Positions 42,497 through 52,847 of a stretch of 64,000 bases of DNA are shown piece by piece. The first letter of the stretch is position 1; the number at the start of each line of letters is the position of its first letter. The DNA is taken from the NCBI GenBank assembly GCA_963709585.1, contig CAVPXI010000004.1:128001-192000 (forward strand), in the 5' to 3' direction. The position numbers and the translations under genes are program-made. The notes under the pieces are model-generated. The model saw only the letters and a list, made by a program, of their open reading frames with translations, was not told the origin of the DNA and made no database searches. Source of the stretch: Candidatus Dormiibacterota bacterium. Lineage in GTDB: Bacteria; Chloroflexota; Dormibacteria; Aeolococcales; Aeolococcaceae.

Positions 42497-43449
42497 TGGC
42501 CGCCGCCGCCGCGCTGCCGCCTCCGTCCGCGGACGGGGCAGCGGTGCGGACCCTCGAGCTCACCAAGCATTACGGGGCGGCCGTGGCGCTCTCGGGCCTG
42601 ACCATGGTGGTGCCGCGTGGAGAGGTCTTCGGATTCCTCGGACCGAATGGCAGCGGCAAGACCACAGCGGTGAAGCTGCTCCTCGGACTCAGCCGGCCCA
42701 CGGGCGGGGAGGCATGGGTGCTGGGGCGGCCGGCGGGGGATCGCCAGACCCGGAGCAGGGTGGGGTATCTGCCTGAGCTCTTCCGCTACCAGGGCTGGCT
42801 CAGCGGCGCCGAGGTGCTCGGCCTCCACTGCCGGCTCGCCGGGCTCGCTCGCGCCGAATGGCCCGCTCAGATCTCGAGGGCGCTGTCGACGGTCGGCCTC
42901 AGCGACCACGGCGACGCGAGGGTTGAGACCTTTTCCAAGGGGATGCAGCAGCGTCTCGGCCTTGGCGTGGCGCTGCTCGGGAATCCGGATCTCGTGGTTC
43001 TCGACGAGCCCACCTCGGCGCTCGACCCGGTGGGCCGCGCCGATACCCGCACGATCATCCGGGATCTTCGGGATCGGGGGTGTGCAGTGTTTCTGAACTC
43101 CCATCTGCTCGGCGAGGTCGAGCAGATCTGCGATCGTGCAGCGGTCGTCTCCGACGGCCGCGTCCTGGCGATCGGACGCCTCGACGAGCTCCTCGGCAGC
43201 GGCGGGGTGCGCATGCGGCTCACCGGGTTGACCGACAGCGGGCGGGCTGCGCTCGCGCGCCGCGGCGCGCTCGCCGAGCACGACGGGTGGTTCGTGGTTA
43301 ATGGTGTCGACGCGGATCTCGTCCCCGACCTGGTGGCGGAAGTGGTGGCGAGTGGTGCGCGGGTGTATGCAGTCGAGCCGGTTCGCCAGACGCTCGAGGA
43401 GCGGTTCCTGGCGCTGATCGAGGCCGAGCAGGCGCGATGGCAGCGCTGA
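42496..43449 (+). CDS. ABC transporter ATP-binding protein
   Basis: GPNGSGKT, FSKGM, LDEPT, NSH. Confidence 0.93.
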   Translation: MAAAAALPPPSADGAAVRTLELTKHYGAAVALSGLTMVVPRGEVFGFLGPNGSGKTTAVKLLLGLSRPTGGEAWVLGRPAGDRQTRSRVGYLPELFRYQGWLSGAEVLGLHCRLAGLARAEWPAQISRALSTVGLSDHGDARVETFSKGMQQRLGLGVALLGNPDLVVLDEPTSALDPVGRADTRTIIRDLRDRGCAVFLNSHLLGEVEQICDRAAVVSDGRVLAIGRLDELLGSGGVRMRLTGLTDSGRAALARRGALAEHDGWFVVNGVDADLVPDLVAEVVASGARVYAVEPVRQTLEERFLALIEAEQARWQR

Positions 43450-44294
43450 CCATCGCCCGGCTCACGATCCGCGAAGCCGCGCGGCGGAGGCTGCTGCTCG
43501 CGCTCGCCGTCCTCACGGTCATCGTCATCGGGCTCACCGGCTGGGGGTTTCAGCACCTCACCACCCTCACCAACCCCGACGGGACCCCGATCGCTGCCAG
43601 TGAGCTCCATCTCGCGACGTCGCAGGTGCTGGTGCTCGTCGAGTTCATGTTCAGCGGCGTGCTCGCGCTCAGCGCCGTCGTGGTGGCCTCGCCGGCAATC
43701 TCGGGTGACGTGGAGTCCGGCGTCGCCCTCGCCATGCTGGCTCGCCCGCTCAGCAGGTACCAGGTGGTCCTCGGAAAGTGGCTCGGCCTCGCCGCGCTCA
43801 TCGTCGTGTACGTCGCGGCCACGACGACCCTCGAGCTCGTGGTCGTGGGGCTCACGACGGGATACGTCCCACCTGGGCCTGTCGGCCTGGGCGCGTATCT
43901 GAGCGGCGAGGGGATCGTGGTGATGTCGCTCACTCTGCTGATCAGCACACGGCTCTCCGGCATGACAGCCGGGGTGATCAGCCTGGTGCTCTTCTTCGTC
44001 GCCTGGATCGGCGGCATCGCCGGCGCGATCGGCGACGTGTTCGGCAGCCATGCGATCAAGAACGCCGGCACCATCACGCAACTGCTGCTGCCGACCGACG
44101 CGCTCTGGCGCGGGTCGGTGTACGAGCTCGAGCCTGTGCTGTACCGGGACATTCTCGGAGCGACGACCGAGCGCGCGGGCAATCCGTTCTTCGTCCAGTC
44201 CCCGCCCTCCGCGGTGTTCCTCGGATACGTCATCTTCTGGGTCGCTGCGATCGTGGCCCTGGCGGTGTGGAGCCTTAACCGCAGAGAGGTCTGA
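43437..44294 (+). CDS. ABC-2 type permease
   Basis: DVESG...LARPLSRYQVVLGKWLG; 6 TM. Confidence 0.88.
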   Translation: MAALTIARLTIREAARRRLLLALAVLTVIVIGLTGWGFQHLTTLTNPDGTPIAASELHLATSQVLVLVEFMFSGVLALSAVVVASPAISGDVESGVALAMLARPLSRYQVVLGKWLGLAALIVVYVAATTTLELVVVGLTTGYVPPGPVGLGAYLSGEGIVVMSLTLLISTRLSGMTAGVISLVLFFVAWIGGIAGAIGDVFGSHAIKNAGTITQLLLPTDALWRGSVYELEPVLYRDILGATTERAGNPFFVQSPPSAVFLGYVIFWVAAIVALAVWSLNRREV

Positions 44295-44416
44295 CCGAGG
44301 TCGGTCGAACCTGAGGGATCGAGTTGGGCCGGTAGCCTTGACAGTTCACCGACGCCAGGCGGATAGTGCGTTTGGTCAGTTAAGCACGATCATTGAGTTT
44401 GCAGAGAGGGGGCGTC

Positions 44417-46152
44417 ATGACAGAGAGACAGGCTGGAAGCGAGGCTCGAGGCGTGAGAGGCCGCGCTACGGGCCCGTGGTCGAAGCCGGCGCTCGCGACT
44501 GATCGGAGCCGGGATGACCCTCGCGCTGAGCGCGGTACTCTTCGGCGTCGGCGCGAACGGCCAGGTCGCGGCTTCGACAAAGAGCGGGGCGCTGAAGCCC
44601 TCGACGGTCGGCGAGCTCGACTGCAACGGCTACAGCCCGGCTCAGAAGTCGCTCCGAGCGATGACCTGCACCGACATCAAGGGCATTGCCGGCGTCGACA
44701 ACCAGAACACCTGGGGCGGCAAGTTCTACGACAACGGCCAGTACATCGGTCACGACGAGCCCGACACAACGTTCGTCTCGTCAGAGTCCCGGCTCCGGCA
44801 ACAGCGTCACCTGGACGGAGAAACTTGGCTCCGATCCGACCGCTTTGCCCACAGTCGCGACCCCCGGGAAGGACGTCTCGCACTGGTTCGAGCTGTCGGT
44901 GGCCCCGTGGTTCTCGATGGCCCAGTGCGATCCAAACTCCTATCCGCAAGCACCCTGCACCCCCAACTCGGACGCCAACGCCCCGACGACCACATTCCCA
45001 GGCGGGGGATCGGCGTTCATGGAGATGCAGTTCTACCCGCCGGGCGACGCGCCGTTCATCGACAGCGTGAGCTGTGACAACACCCATTGGTGCGCGGCGC
45101 TCAACATCGACAGCCTCGAGTGCACCAACGGCTTTGCCACGTGCAACCCCAACTGCACCGAGCCGGTGAACTTCGCGTTCATCCAGACCAACGGCGTGCC
45201 GACCGGTCCGCCGAATCCGCAGACCACCAGTCCTGCCAAGTTCATCCCGAATGCGCACACGCTGCTCATGAACCCCGGAGACAAGATCGTGGTTCACATG
45301 GGGGATGCACCGGCGAAAGGCGGCGGAAACGCGTTCAAGGTCACCATCGACGACCTGACCCTGCACAGGAGCGGGTTCATGCAGGCGTCGGCGGCCAACG
45401 GGTTCGCGAACACCTTGATGGCTGATTGCAGTGGCACCCCGTTCAACTTCCAGCCTGAATACTCGACTGCGAAGAAGGGCAACATCACGCCATGGGCCGC
45501 ACTCCAGACGAACATCAGCACCGAGTACGAGATCGGGCATTTCGAGGCATGCACCTCGGTGACCGACCCGATCGGCACCGGTGCGGGCGGATCCGGCGAT
45601 CCTCTCTACAACAATTGCGTCGGGCCGTACAAGTCGACGGCCGACACCGGCAGCCCGGAGGCCGACGCCGCGTGCTGGACCAAGGGAGACACGCACGGAA
45701 CGCTCAACTCAACGCCTGATGAGGTCGCCGGCTGTCTTGCCAACATCTTCCAGAACGGTGATCTCGATTTCGACGGAAGCGCCTACTGGGCCGAATGGCC
45801 GAAGGGAACGAGCGCGTCGACCTATCCCGCGAGCTTCGTGCAGGCCTTTCCGACCACGGGTGGGGCGCAGTACCCGAAGTTCTACTTCCAGACCGACATC
45901 GCCTTGAGCGAGAACACCTGCACGCCGACGACCTTGAGCGGCTGCACGGTACCGCCGTCAGGTCCCGGCAATTTCTATCCGTACTGGAGTCAGACCAAGA
46001 CGGGTGGGCAGTGTGTCCTCGAGTTCGGCAACGTCTCGGCGCTCGTCAACGCCTATGGAAAGGACGCGCAGTACGGGACCAACCAGTTCGCAACGATCGG
46101 CTACCCGGAGTTCGAAGGCCCGCTGCACAAGAACGCGTGCGCCACGAGTTAG
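44417..46152 (+). CDS. Secreted Cys-rich hypothetical protein (frameshifts near 44485 and 44783)
   Basis: Signal peptide, joined ORFs 44514 and 44686, 18 Cys; TTGACA at 44338 upstream. Confidence 0.7.
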
Positions 46153-46183
46153 GACTCGCTGATCGGCGACAGGTCATTCGCCT

Positions 46184-46212
46184 TGCCGGCTGAGCGTCGC
46201 GCTCAGCCGGCA
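46184..46212. terminator. Perfect 13-bp hairpin between convergent genes
   Basis: TGCCGGCTGAGCG-TCG-CGCTCAGCCGGCA. Confidence 0.6.
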
Positions 46213-46783
46213 GGTTGTGGCTGCGCGGTCGCGCCGGCGCGCTGCCGGGCTCGATAGGTCCGAGCCTTCTCGCGGGAGCCGCACACCCGCATCGAGCACC
46301 AGCAGCTGCGGCCGTTCTTGGAATGGTCATAGAACGCCCACCGGCAGCTGTCGCTCCGGCAGACCTTGAACCGCTCCCACGTGCCCATCAGGGTCGCCTC
46401 GACCAGCGCCGTCGAGATCATCCCGAGGAAGCTGTCGATCCCGCGGCAGTCGACCGCCAGGGTGGCTCCGTGTACCGAGAGGATCGGCCGCAACGGCGCG
46501 TGACCGAGGAGCTTCTCGAAGTTCTCACAGCCACGGCCGGATCGACGTTCTCTCCTGTGTGTCCTTCGAGCAGATCCCGAAGCGCCTCCCGGGTCGCGAT
46601 GAGCCGTTCCAGGTCCCGCTCGGAGACGGTGAGATCGGCCCCGGTCGCGTCATGCAGCCACTGGGCCGCCAGCGGAGCGGTGCGGAGCTCGTCAACCCCG
46701 TCGGGCATCTCGTTGCTGTTGATGAACTTCTGGACGAGCGCGAGCGATCCCGGGGCAGGGTCGCGGGTTCCGGTGGTGGTCAT
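46203..46783 (-). CDS. CGNR zinc finger/ABATE domain protein (frameshift near 46520)
   Basis: LALVQKFINS...WERFKVCRSDSCRWAFYDHSKNGRSCWCSMRVCGSR. Confidence 0.88.
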
Positions 46784-46826
46784 GTCAGGCGGTGCTCGCG
46801 ATGGTCATCGTTACCAGTATACGCAT

Positions 46827-46855
46827 TTGACAAGTGATGAATCGTGCGGTAAGAT
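46827..46855 (+). promoter_or_regulatory. Sigma70 promoter
   Basis: TTGACA-17 bp-TAAGAT, followed by imperfect inverted repeat GTAAACC-N9-GGTTAC. Confidence 0.7.
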
Positions 46856-46897
46856 ATCACCAGTAAACCACCTTGAACGGTTACCCTAACGGAGGAC

Positions 46898-47137
46898 ATG
46901 ATCATGAACGGACCGCAACTTATCGAGATGGCTCAGGTGGCTGAGCAGGAGCACATGATGCACGCCGTCATGGCACGCGCCCGCGCCCAGCAGCGTCGGG
47001 AGCTTCGCCGCCAGCTCGGCCCCGGACGCGTCGCCCGCGCCTGGAGCGCCTTCTGGGCCCCTCGCGACGTCGAGCTCGTCTACCGCCGCCGCGCGGGTGA
47101 TGGGCCGGTCGACCTCACCCCCTGCGTCGACTGCTGA
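46898..47137 (+). CDS. Small hypothetical protein
   Basis: GGAGG RBS, strong promoter, divergent from the CGNR gene. Confidence 0.65.
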   Translation: MIMNGPQLIEMAQVAEQEHMMHAVMARARAQQRRELRRQLGPGRVARAWSAFWAPRDVELVYRRRAGDGPVDLTPCVDC

Positions 47138-47197
47138 TCTGAGCCGCCAACTCCAATGCCTCCGGCGGGTCCCGCGCCGGAGGCAGGGGAGCGGCGG

Positions 47198-48016
47198 TCA
47201 GGGGGTGCCGGTGTGGAAGTACGTGGTGCTGCTCACCGGCGCGATGTCGATCCAGAGTGAGGCGTGGAATCCGCCACACAATGTCAGCGGCATGCCCGCC
47301 AGGGAGACGGCGCCATCGCCCTGTGGCGGCGTGATCAGCAGTGTCTGCGTCGACGCGCAAGGGGTGGGACCGTTGGGAACGTCGGAGTTCTCAAACGCGA
47401 CGTACGCATTCTGGCCCGGTTGCAGGGTGACCAAGCGCACCGTCGGAAGCGTGCCATTGTTGTTGTTGAGCAGCGGGCCCCCGGCACTGTGAGTGACACC
47501 GAGCTGGAGCACGCGGCCGCCGATCACTCCCTGGAAGTTCACATAGCCCTTGAGCGTGCATGCCACTCTGCCGCCGTTGCGCAAGGCGATGTCGCCGCCG
47601 AGCGTGCCGGCAGCCCCGTCCTGGTCATGGAGCCGGGCGCTGAGGACGCCCGCGGCGCATGGCTGGATCCCCTCAAGGGATGGCGACGGAGTCGGCGACG
47701 GCGTTGCGGTAGGGAGTATCGATGGAGAGAACGACGGCGCGATCACCGGCGCGGTGGCGGCTGGCGCCGGATGACCGTTGCTCGAAGTGCCGTTGCGCAA
47801 CGCGAGGCTGACGCCCAATGCGCCGCCCACGACAAGGACGACCATCGCTGCGGCGATCGCCGCGCCGATGCGCGGTCCCACGCGAAAACCGAAGCGGCCT
47901 GCGGGCCGCATCGCCGCCGCGAGCACGCGCTCTTCGGCGGCAGGACCGGGAACTCTCGGGTCGACCACTTCGTGCAGTCGCGCGCGCAGCGTGTCTTCGA
48001 TGTGGTCGTCGCTCAT
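47198..48016 (-). CDS. Putative anti-sigma factor with DUF4232 extracytoplasmic domain
   Basis: N-term IEDTLRARL, TM, PT linker, C...GAAG...LRN...CTLKGY...VTLQPGQ. Confidence 0.78.
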   Translation of the reverse strand: MSDDHIEDTLRARLHEVVDPRVPGPAAEERVLAAAMRPAGRFGFRVGPRIGAAIAAAMVVLVVGGALGVSLALRNGTSSNGHPAPAATAPVIAPSFSPSILPTATPSPTPSPSLEGIQPCAAGVLSARLHDQDGAAGTLGGDIALRNGGRVACTLKGYVNFQGVIGGRVLQLGVTHSAGGPLLNNNNGTLPTVRLVTLQPGQNAYVAFENSDVPNGPTPCASTQTLLITPPQGDGAVSLAGMPLTLCGGFHASLWIDIAPVSSTTYFHTGTP

Positions 48017-48567
48017 GAGCGTTCCTCCGATGCGATGAGGGTTGCGGCCAGCGCGGTCAGTCCGCGCCGCACCCGGGATCGGGCGGCCTCCAGGCTGCAA
48101 CCGCTGGTTGCCGCGACCTCGTCGAACGAGAGGTCGAGGTAAAAGCGGAGCACCACCGCGAGCCGGATGTCGTGGGGAAGCCGGCGCAGCGCCCTGGATA
48201 TGTCGACGCTTCCGGCGCTGTCAGCAGCCAGGGCGGCCGCACCGTCAGGCGGATCAGCGAAACGCAGCACCGAAGCCCAACGCGCCCGGCGGGTCTCGCG
48301 GCACTGATTGGCGACGATCGCGAGGAACCAAGGGCGCAGGTCGGTGCCGGGACGCTGGTTCTGACGCCGCCTCCATGCCCGCAGCGCCGCCTCCTGGACA
48401 GCATCCTCGGCGTCGTTCCGCTCGAGGCGCATCGCCGTGGCCAGGCGCAACGCCACGCCGAGCAGGGGTCGCAATTCGGCCTCGAAGGTCATGCTGCGCT
48501 CATCGAGATGTTGATCGATCGTTGCGGTCATCGGGGCCCTGTCATACCGCGCCGCTGCTGGGGTCAC
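48013..48567 (-). CDS. ECF sigma factor
   Basis: DAEDAVQEA, RPWFLAIVAN, VVLRFYLDLS..EVA; leaderless GTG start. Confidence 0.9.
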   Translation of the reverse strand: MTPAAARYDRAPMTATIDQHLDERSMTFEAELRPLLGVALRLATAMRLERNDAEDAVQEAALRAWRRRQNQRPGTDLRPWFLAIVANQCRETRRARWASVLRFADPPDGAAALAADSAGSVDISRALRRLPHDIRLAVVLRFYLDLSFDEVAATSGCSLEAARSRVRRGLTALAATLIASEERS

Positions 48568-48573
48568 ACTCCC

Positions 48574-48604
48574 TATACGGGTTGAGCATCCGAAACCGGC
48601 CGAA
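48574..48604 (-). promoter_or_regulatory. Putative ECF promoter copy 1
   Basis: TTCGGCC-gg-TTT-N11-CCCGTATA, 6 nt before GTG. Confidence 0.7.
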
Positions 48605-48619
48605 TTCAACTCCGTGCCG

Positions 48620-49817
48620 TCAACCGGCACAGAGGTTGACGTGCTTCGCGGTGAGGATGTTCGCAACCGCGCCCATCAACCGGCCGCGCTCGAGCGTCCC
48701 CGCGTTGACGGCCGCCACCAGTGCCGCCGCGGTTGCCCTCGTGAGCGAAGCCACCTGGGCGGGTGCGGCCGTGTACAGGACCATGTCCGCGCCGGCGCTG
48801 ATCGCCGCAACCACCGCCTTGGGAACCGAATAACCGATATCGGCGAGCGCTCCGGCTGACAGCGAATCGGTGATCACCAGGCCGTTGAACCCGAGCTGAT
48901 CGCGGAGGAGGGAGGTCATCACCACCGAGGAGATGCTCGCCGGAAGGCTCGTCAGACCCGGCACCGACGCGTTGGCGATCATGACCGCAGGGGCGCCAGA
49001 AGCGAATGCGTTCTCGAACGGGCCGAGCCCGGCATGCTGCAGCGCGGGCCACGGCTGCGTGGTCGCGGGCGCCACCTCGGTGGTCCCGGAGGCCTGGCCG
49101 AGCCCGGGGAAGTGCTTGACGACCGGCATCACGCCACCGGCCTCGAGGCCCTGCAGGAAGGCGATGCCGTCTGCAGCCGCAATGCTTGGATTGAGGCTGA
49201 AGGATCGCGTGCCGTCAGGATCTCGGTTGTTCGGGCCCACGCCGTTGTCGAGATCGAGCACCGGCGCCAGGTCCATGGTCACCCCCGCGGCCCGCATGCG
49301 GAACGCGACGGCGGTGACCAGCCGGCGGATCTGTGCGGGCGACATGGTGGCACCCATCTGCCGCGCCGAGGGCAGCGAACCGACGAGATTCGCCATGCGC
49401 TGAACCACTCCCCCTTCCTCATCGGTCATCACCAGCGGTGCGATGCCGCCGGGTGCCGATGCCGTGAGGGTGCGCAGGCTCGAGCCGAGGTTGGCCGGGG
49501 CGGACGATCCGAAGAGAATGACGCCGCCCGCGCCGGCGGCGATCTCCCCACTCACCGACGCCACGTCGCTTTCCTGGACCGGGACCACCAGGGTCTGCTC
49601 CGCGAGCCGGGTCGAGGCTCCAGCTTGCGAGCACGCTCGTGTTCGTGCAGGCGTTCGAAGTCGGCGGCGGCGACGTGGACGGGGTCGCGGTCGGGCCTGC
49701 CGATGTGCTCGGGCGCGTCGATGCGGTCGGGCTCGTGGATGTGCCCGGAAGCGCGCAACCAGCGAGAATCGATGTGGCCGCGGCGATGGCCAGGAGCCTA
49801 GGTGTTGTCGATCGCAC
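48620..49817 (-). CDS. GH3 beta-N-acetylhexosaminidase-like lipoprotein (frameshift near 49614)
   Basis: Lipobox LAGC; TDEEGG, APVLD, KHFPGLG, ITDSL, AGADM. Confidence 0.88.
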
Positions 49818-49823
49818 AGGGGT

Positions 49824-49854
49824 TATACGGGCTGTATCCGGAAAAGGGGCCGAA
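49824..49854 (-). promoter_or_regulatory. Putative ECF promoter copy 2
   Basis: TTCGGCC-cc-TTT-N11-CCCGTATA, 6 nt before GTG. Confidence 0.7.
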
Positions 49855-49904
49855 CCACGTTCGCGGCGCAGCCAAGACGACCACCCAACTCACGGAGCCA
49901 GAGC

Positions 49905-50723
49905 ATGAAGTTCGGCGTGGTTCTCCCGGGCGGGACGGCGACCGAGCAACTCGAGCAGGCGGCGGTGGCAGAGGGCTCCGGATGGGATGGAGTGTTCGTA
50001 TGGGAGGCGGCGTACGGCGTCGACGCCTGGACCCTGCTGGCGGCAATGGCCACGCGGACCACGAGGGTGATGCTCGGCACCCTGCTGACACCGCTTCCCT
50101 GGCGGCGTCCGTGGAAGGTCGCCAGCCAGGTCGTGACGCTCGATCAGCTCTCCGCGGGACGCGCGATCCTCACCGTCGGGCTTGGCGCGATCTCGACCGA
50201 CCTGCCGCTCACCGGCGAGGTCATCGATCTACGGGTGCGCGCCGACCACCTGGACGAGGGCATCGACCTCATCCGGACACTCTGGGAGGGCGGAACGAGC
50301 TATCACGGGCGCCACTACCACTACCAGTGCGACCGAACAGACCTCGCGGAGGTCGGACGTCCGGTCCAGGAGCGCATCCCGATCTGGGTCGTCGGCGTGT
50401 GGCCGAGGGCGAAGTCTATGCGGCGCGTCCTGCGCTGCGACGGCGTGGTGCCCCAGATCGAAATCGCCGGACGCGCGGGATCGCCCGAGGATGTCCGCGA
50501 CATGCGCGCCTGGCTGGCCGAGCGCGGCCGTGATGACATCGACGTGGCCATCGACGGCGAAACTCCCACCGGCGACCGCGGTGCCGCGGCAGCGCAGGTG
50601 GTGCCCTGGGCGGACGCCGGCGCTACCTGGTGGCTCGAGACTCGCTGGGAGATGCCGCATCACAGTGACGAGCGGATGCTCGAGATTCGGGAACGTCTGA
50701 CGAGCGGACCGCCTTCCATTTGA
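49905..50723 (+). CDS. LLM-class flavin-dependent oxidoreductase
   Basis: GWDGVFVWE, LDQLSAGRAILTVGLG, PVQERIPIWV. Confidence 0.9.
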   Translation: MKFGVVLPGGTATEQLEQAAVAEGSGWDGVFVWEAAYGVDAWTLLAAMATRTTRVMLGTLLTPLPWRRPWKVASQVVTLDQLSAGRAILTVGLGAISTDLPLTGEVIDLRVRADHLDEGIDLIRTLWEGGTSYHGRHYHYQCDRTDLAEVGRPVQERIPIWVVGVWPRAKSMRRVLRCDGVVPQIEIAGRAGSPEDVRDMRAWLAERGRDDIDVAIDGETPTGDRGAAAAQVVPWADAGATWWLETRWEMPHHSDERMLEIRERLTSGPPSI

Positions 50724-50729
50724 GCCGGA

Positions 50730-51716
50730 CTACCCCCAGACTTCGGCGGCGGTCTCGACGATGAGGCGGAGCTTCGCGACCTCCTCATCGTCGGTCAGGA
50801 CGTTCCCTTCGACGGTGGCGGCGAATCCGCACTGCGGCGACAGGCAGAGTTGTTCGAGCGGCACGAACTTCGCGGCAGCCTCGATCCGTCGCTTGAGGTC
50901 GTCCTTCGTCTCCAGGCTGCCGCGTTTGGTCGTCACCAGCCCGAGCACGACGTACTTGTCGTTCGGCACATAGCGGAGCGGCTCGAAGCCGCCGGAGCGA
51001 ACGTCGTCGTACTCGAGAAAGAATCCATCGACGCCGAGCTCACCGAAGAGCGCTTCGGCAACGAAGTCGTAGCCGCCTTCCGCCACCCCTGAGGAGCGAA
51101 AGTTGCCCCGGCACATGTGGGTTGTGATCCGCATGCCCGGTGGCTTTGCGGCGAGGACGCGGTTGATGTTCCTGATGTACAGCTCGTGCTGATGCTCGCG
51201 GTCACCCCCCGAGCGATGCGATCAACTCGCGCTGGCGTGGATCGTTGAGATACGCGAGGCTCGTGTCGTCGAGCTGGAGATATATGCATCCCAGGTCACC
51301 GAGGGGGCGCACCTCCTCGGCGTACGCGGCGGTGAGATCGTTCCAGAATCGATCCATATCCGGGTACACCGACTGGTCGATCGCCGCGCGCCCGCCACGG
51401 TAATGCACCATGCTCGGCGACGGAATCGTGAGCTTTGGCGTAACACCGTCGCTGACGTTGTCTTTCAGGTACCGGAAGTGGTCGGCGAAGATCGTCTCGC
51501 CGAGGCGGATGCGCTGGTTGATGCGCAATGCGGCAGGGGCGAAATCGAGAGTGCCGCCGTCGTTGAAGAACTGCACGTGCAGCTTCTCGTCGGCCTGCGT
51601 GACACCGCGGTGATCGTCCCCGCGGACTTCTGGGCTCGCGCCTGCATCAGCGCCGCGGGACGCAGGAGGCCGCCAACGTGGTCGGCGCGAAAGGGTGGCT
51701 CTGCGCGTCTGCTCAT
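50730..51716 (-). pseudogene. Cobalamin-independent methionine synthase II-like protein, internal deletion plus frameshift
   Basis: PPFRADHVGGLLRP, LQLDD, HMCRGN, LSPQCGF; the segment carrying TDGEFRR is missing near 51607. Confidence 0.8.
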
Positions 51717-51833
51717 CGCTGTTGCTCGTCGATCCTGATCAGCGCGGTAGCGTACCCGATGCCGCAACCGGTTGCCGGCGCTGTCCTGCGGCAGACCGGT
51801 TCGGGACACGGATTCCCTACGCTTGCGCCGTCG

Positions 51834-52541
51834 ATGTCCGAGCCGTCCCGAAACGACCATCCCAATGGCGCCGTGAACCGGACGCCGGCCGAACGCCGGA
51901 TCCGAAATCGCGCGTTGACCATCGAACTCAGCGTGACCCCCTTCGGGTTGTCGTTTGGGGCGGTGTCGGTGGAAGCGCATCTGAACCTGATCCAGGTGTG
52001 TTTGCTATCGCTGGTCTTGTTCTCCGGGGCGTCGCAGTTCGCGCTCGTCAGCATCATCGGCGCTGGCGGTTCGTACTTCTCCGCGGTGGGGACGGCGCTG
52101 CTGCTCGGAGTCCGCAACGGCCTGTATGGCGCGCGCATCAACGCGCTGCTCCGCCCGTCGGGCTGGCGTCGCCTCGTGATGGCGCAGGTCACCATCGATG
52201 AGAGCACCGCGATGGCGGTCAGCGAAGCGCCATCGGGTCACTCGGCGCGTGCGTTCTGGTCAACCGCACTGAGTGTGTACGTGCTCTGGAACGTGTCGAC
52301 GAGCATCGGGGCTCTGGTGGGCAACGCCCTCGGCTCGCCGGCCACGACGGGACTCGACGTCGCCGGGCCCGCCGCGTTCATCGCCCTGCTCGCGCCACGC
52401 CTCACCACGCTCCGCCTGCGCCTGGTTGCGCTCGGATCCGGGGTGATCGCGCTGGTCACCGTTCCCATCGTGCCGGTCGGGGCGCCGGTTCTCATCGGTG
52501 GCTTGACGGCGGTCGCCCTGCTCCTGGTGTTGGATCGATGA
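51834..52541 (+). CDS. AzlC family branched-chain amino acid exporter
   Basis: FSGASQF, RNGLYG, IDESTA, WNVST, GLD. Confidence 0.9.
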   Translation: MSEPSRNDHPNGAVNRTPAERRIRNRALTIELSVTPFGLSFGAVSVEAHLNLIQVCLLSLVLFSGASQFALVSIIGAGGSYFSAVGTALLLGVRNGLYGARINALLRPSGWRRLVMAQVTIDESTAMAVSEAPSGHSARAFWSTALSVYVLWNVSTSIGALVGNALGSPATTGLDVAGPAAFIALLAPRLTTLRLRLVALGSGVIALVTVPIVPVGAPVLIGGLTAVALLLVLDR

Positions 52542-52840
52542 AGCTATGGCTTGCCGTGGCTGTCGCCTGCGCCGGGTGTGCGGCCTTGAAGCTTGCCGGC
52601 TTTGTGGTGCCCTCGCGCCTCCTCGAATCGCCCCTGGCTCGGCGGACTCTCGAAGCGCTGCCGGTCACCTTGCTCAGCGCGCTGATCGCGGTCTCCGTGT
52701 TCGCGACCGGCAGTCATCTGACGCTCGATTCGCGCGCCGCCGGGCTCGCGGTGGCATTGGTGCTGGTGACCATGCGGGCGCCGTTTCTCGTGGTTGTCGT
52801 AGCTGCATGCGCCACAGCCGCCGGCGTGCACGCGCTCTGA
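52538..52840 (+). CDS. AzlD family protein
   Basis: LKLAG, LPVTLLSAL, RAPFL; ATGA coupling. Confidence 0.88.
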   Translation: MKLWLAVAVACAGCAALKLAGFVVPSRLLESPLARRTLEALPVTLLSALIAVSVFATGSHLTLDSRAAGLAVALVLVTMRAPFLVVVVAACATAAGVHAL

Positions 52841-52847
52841 CGCCGCG

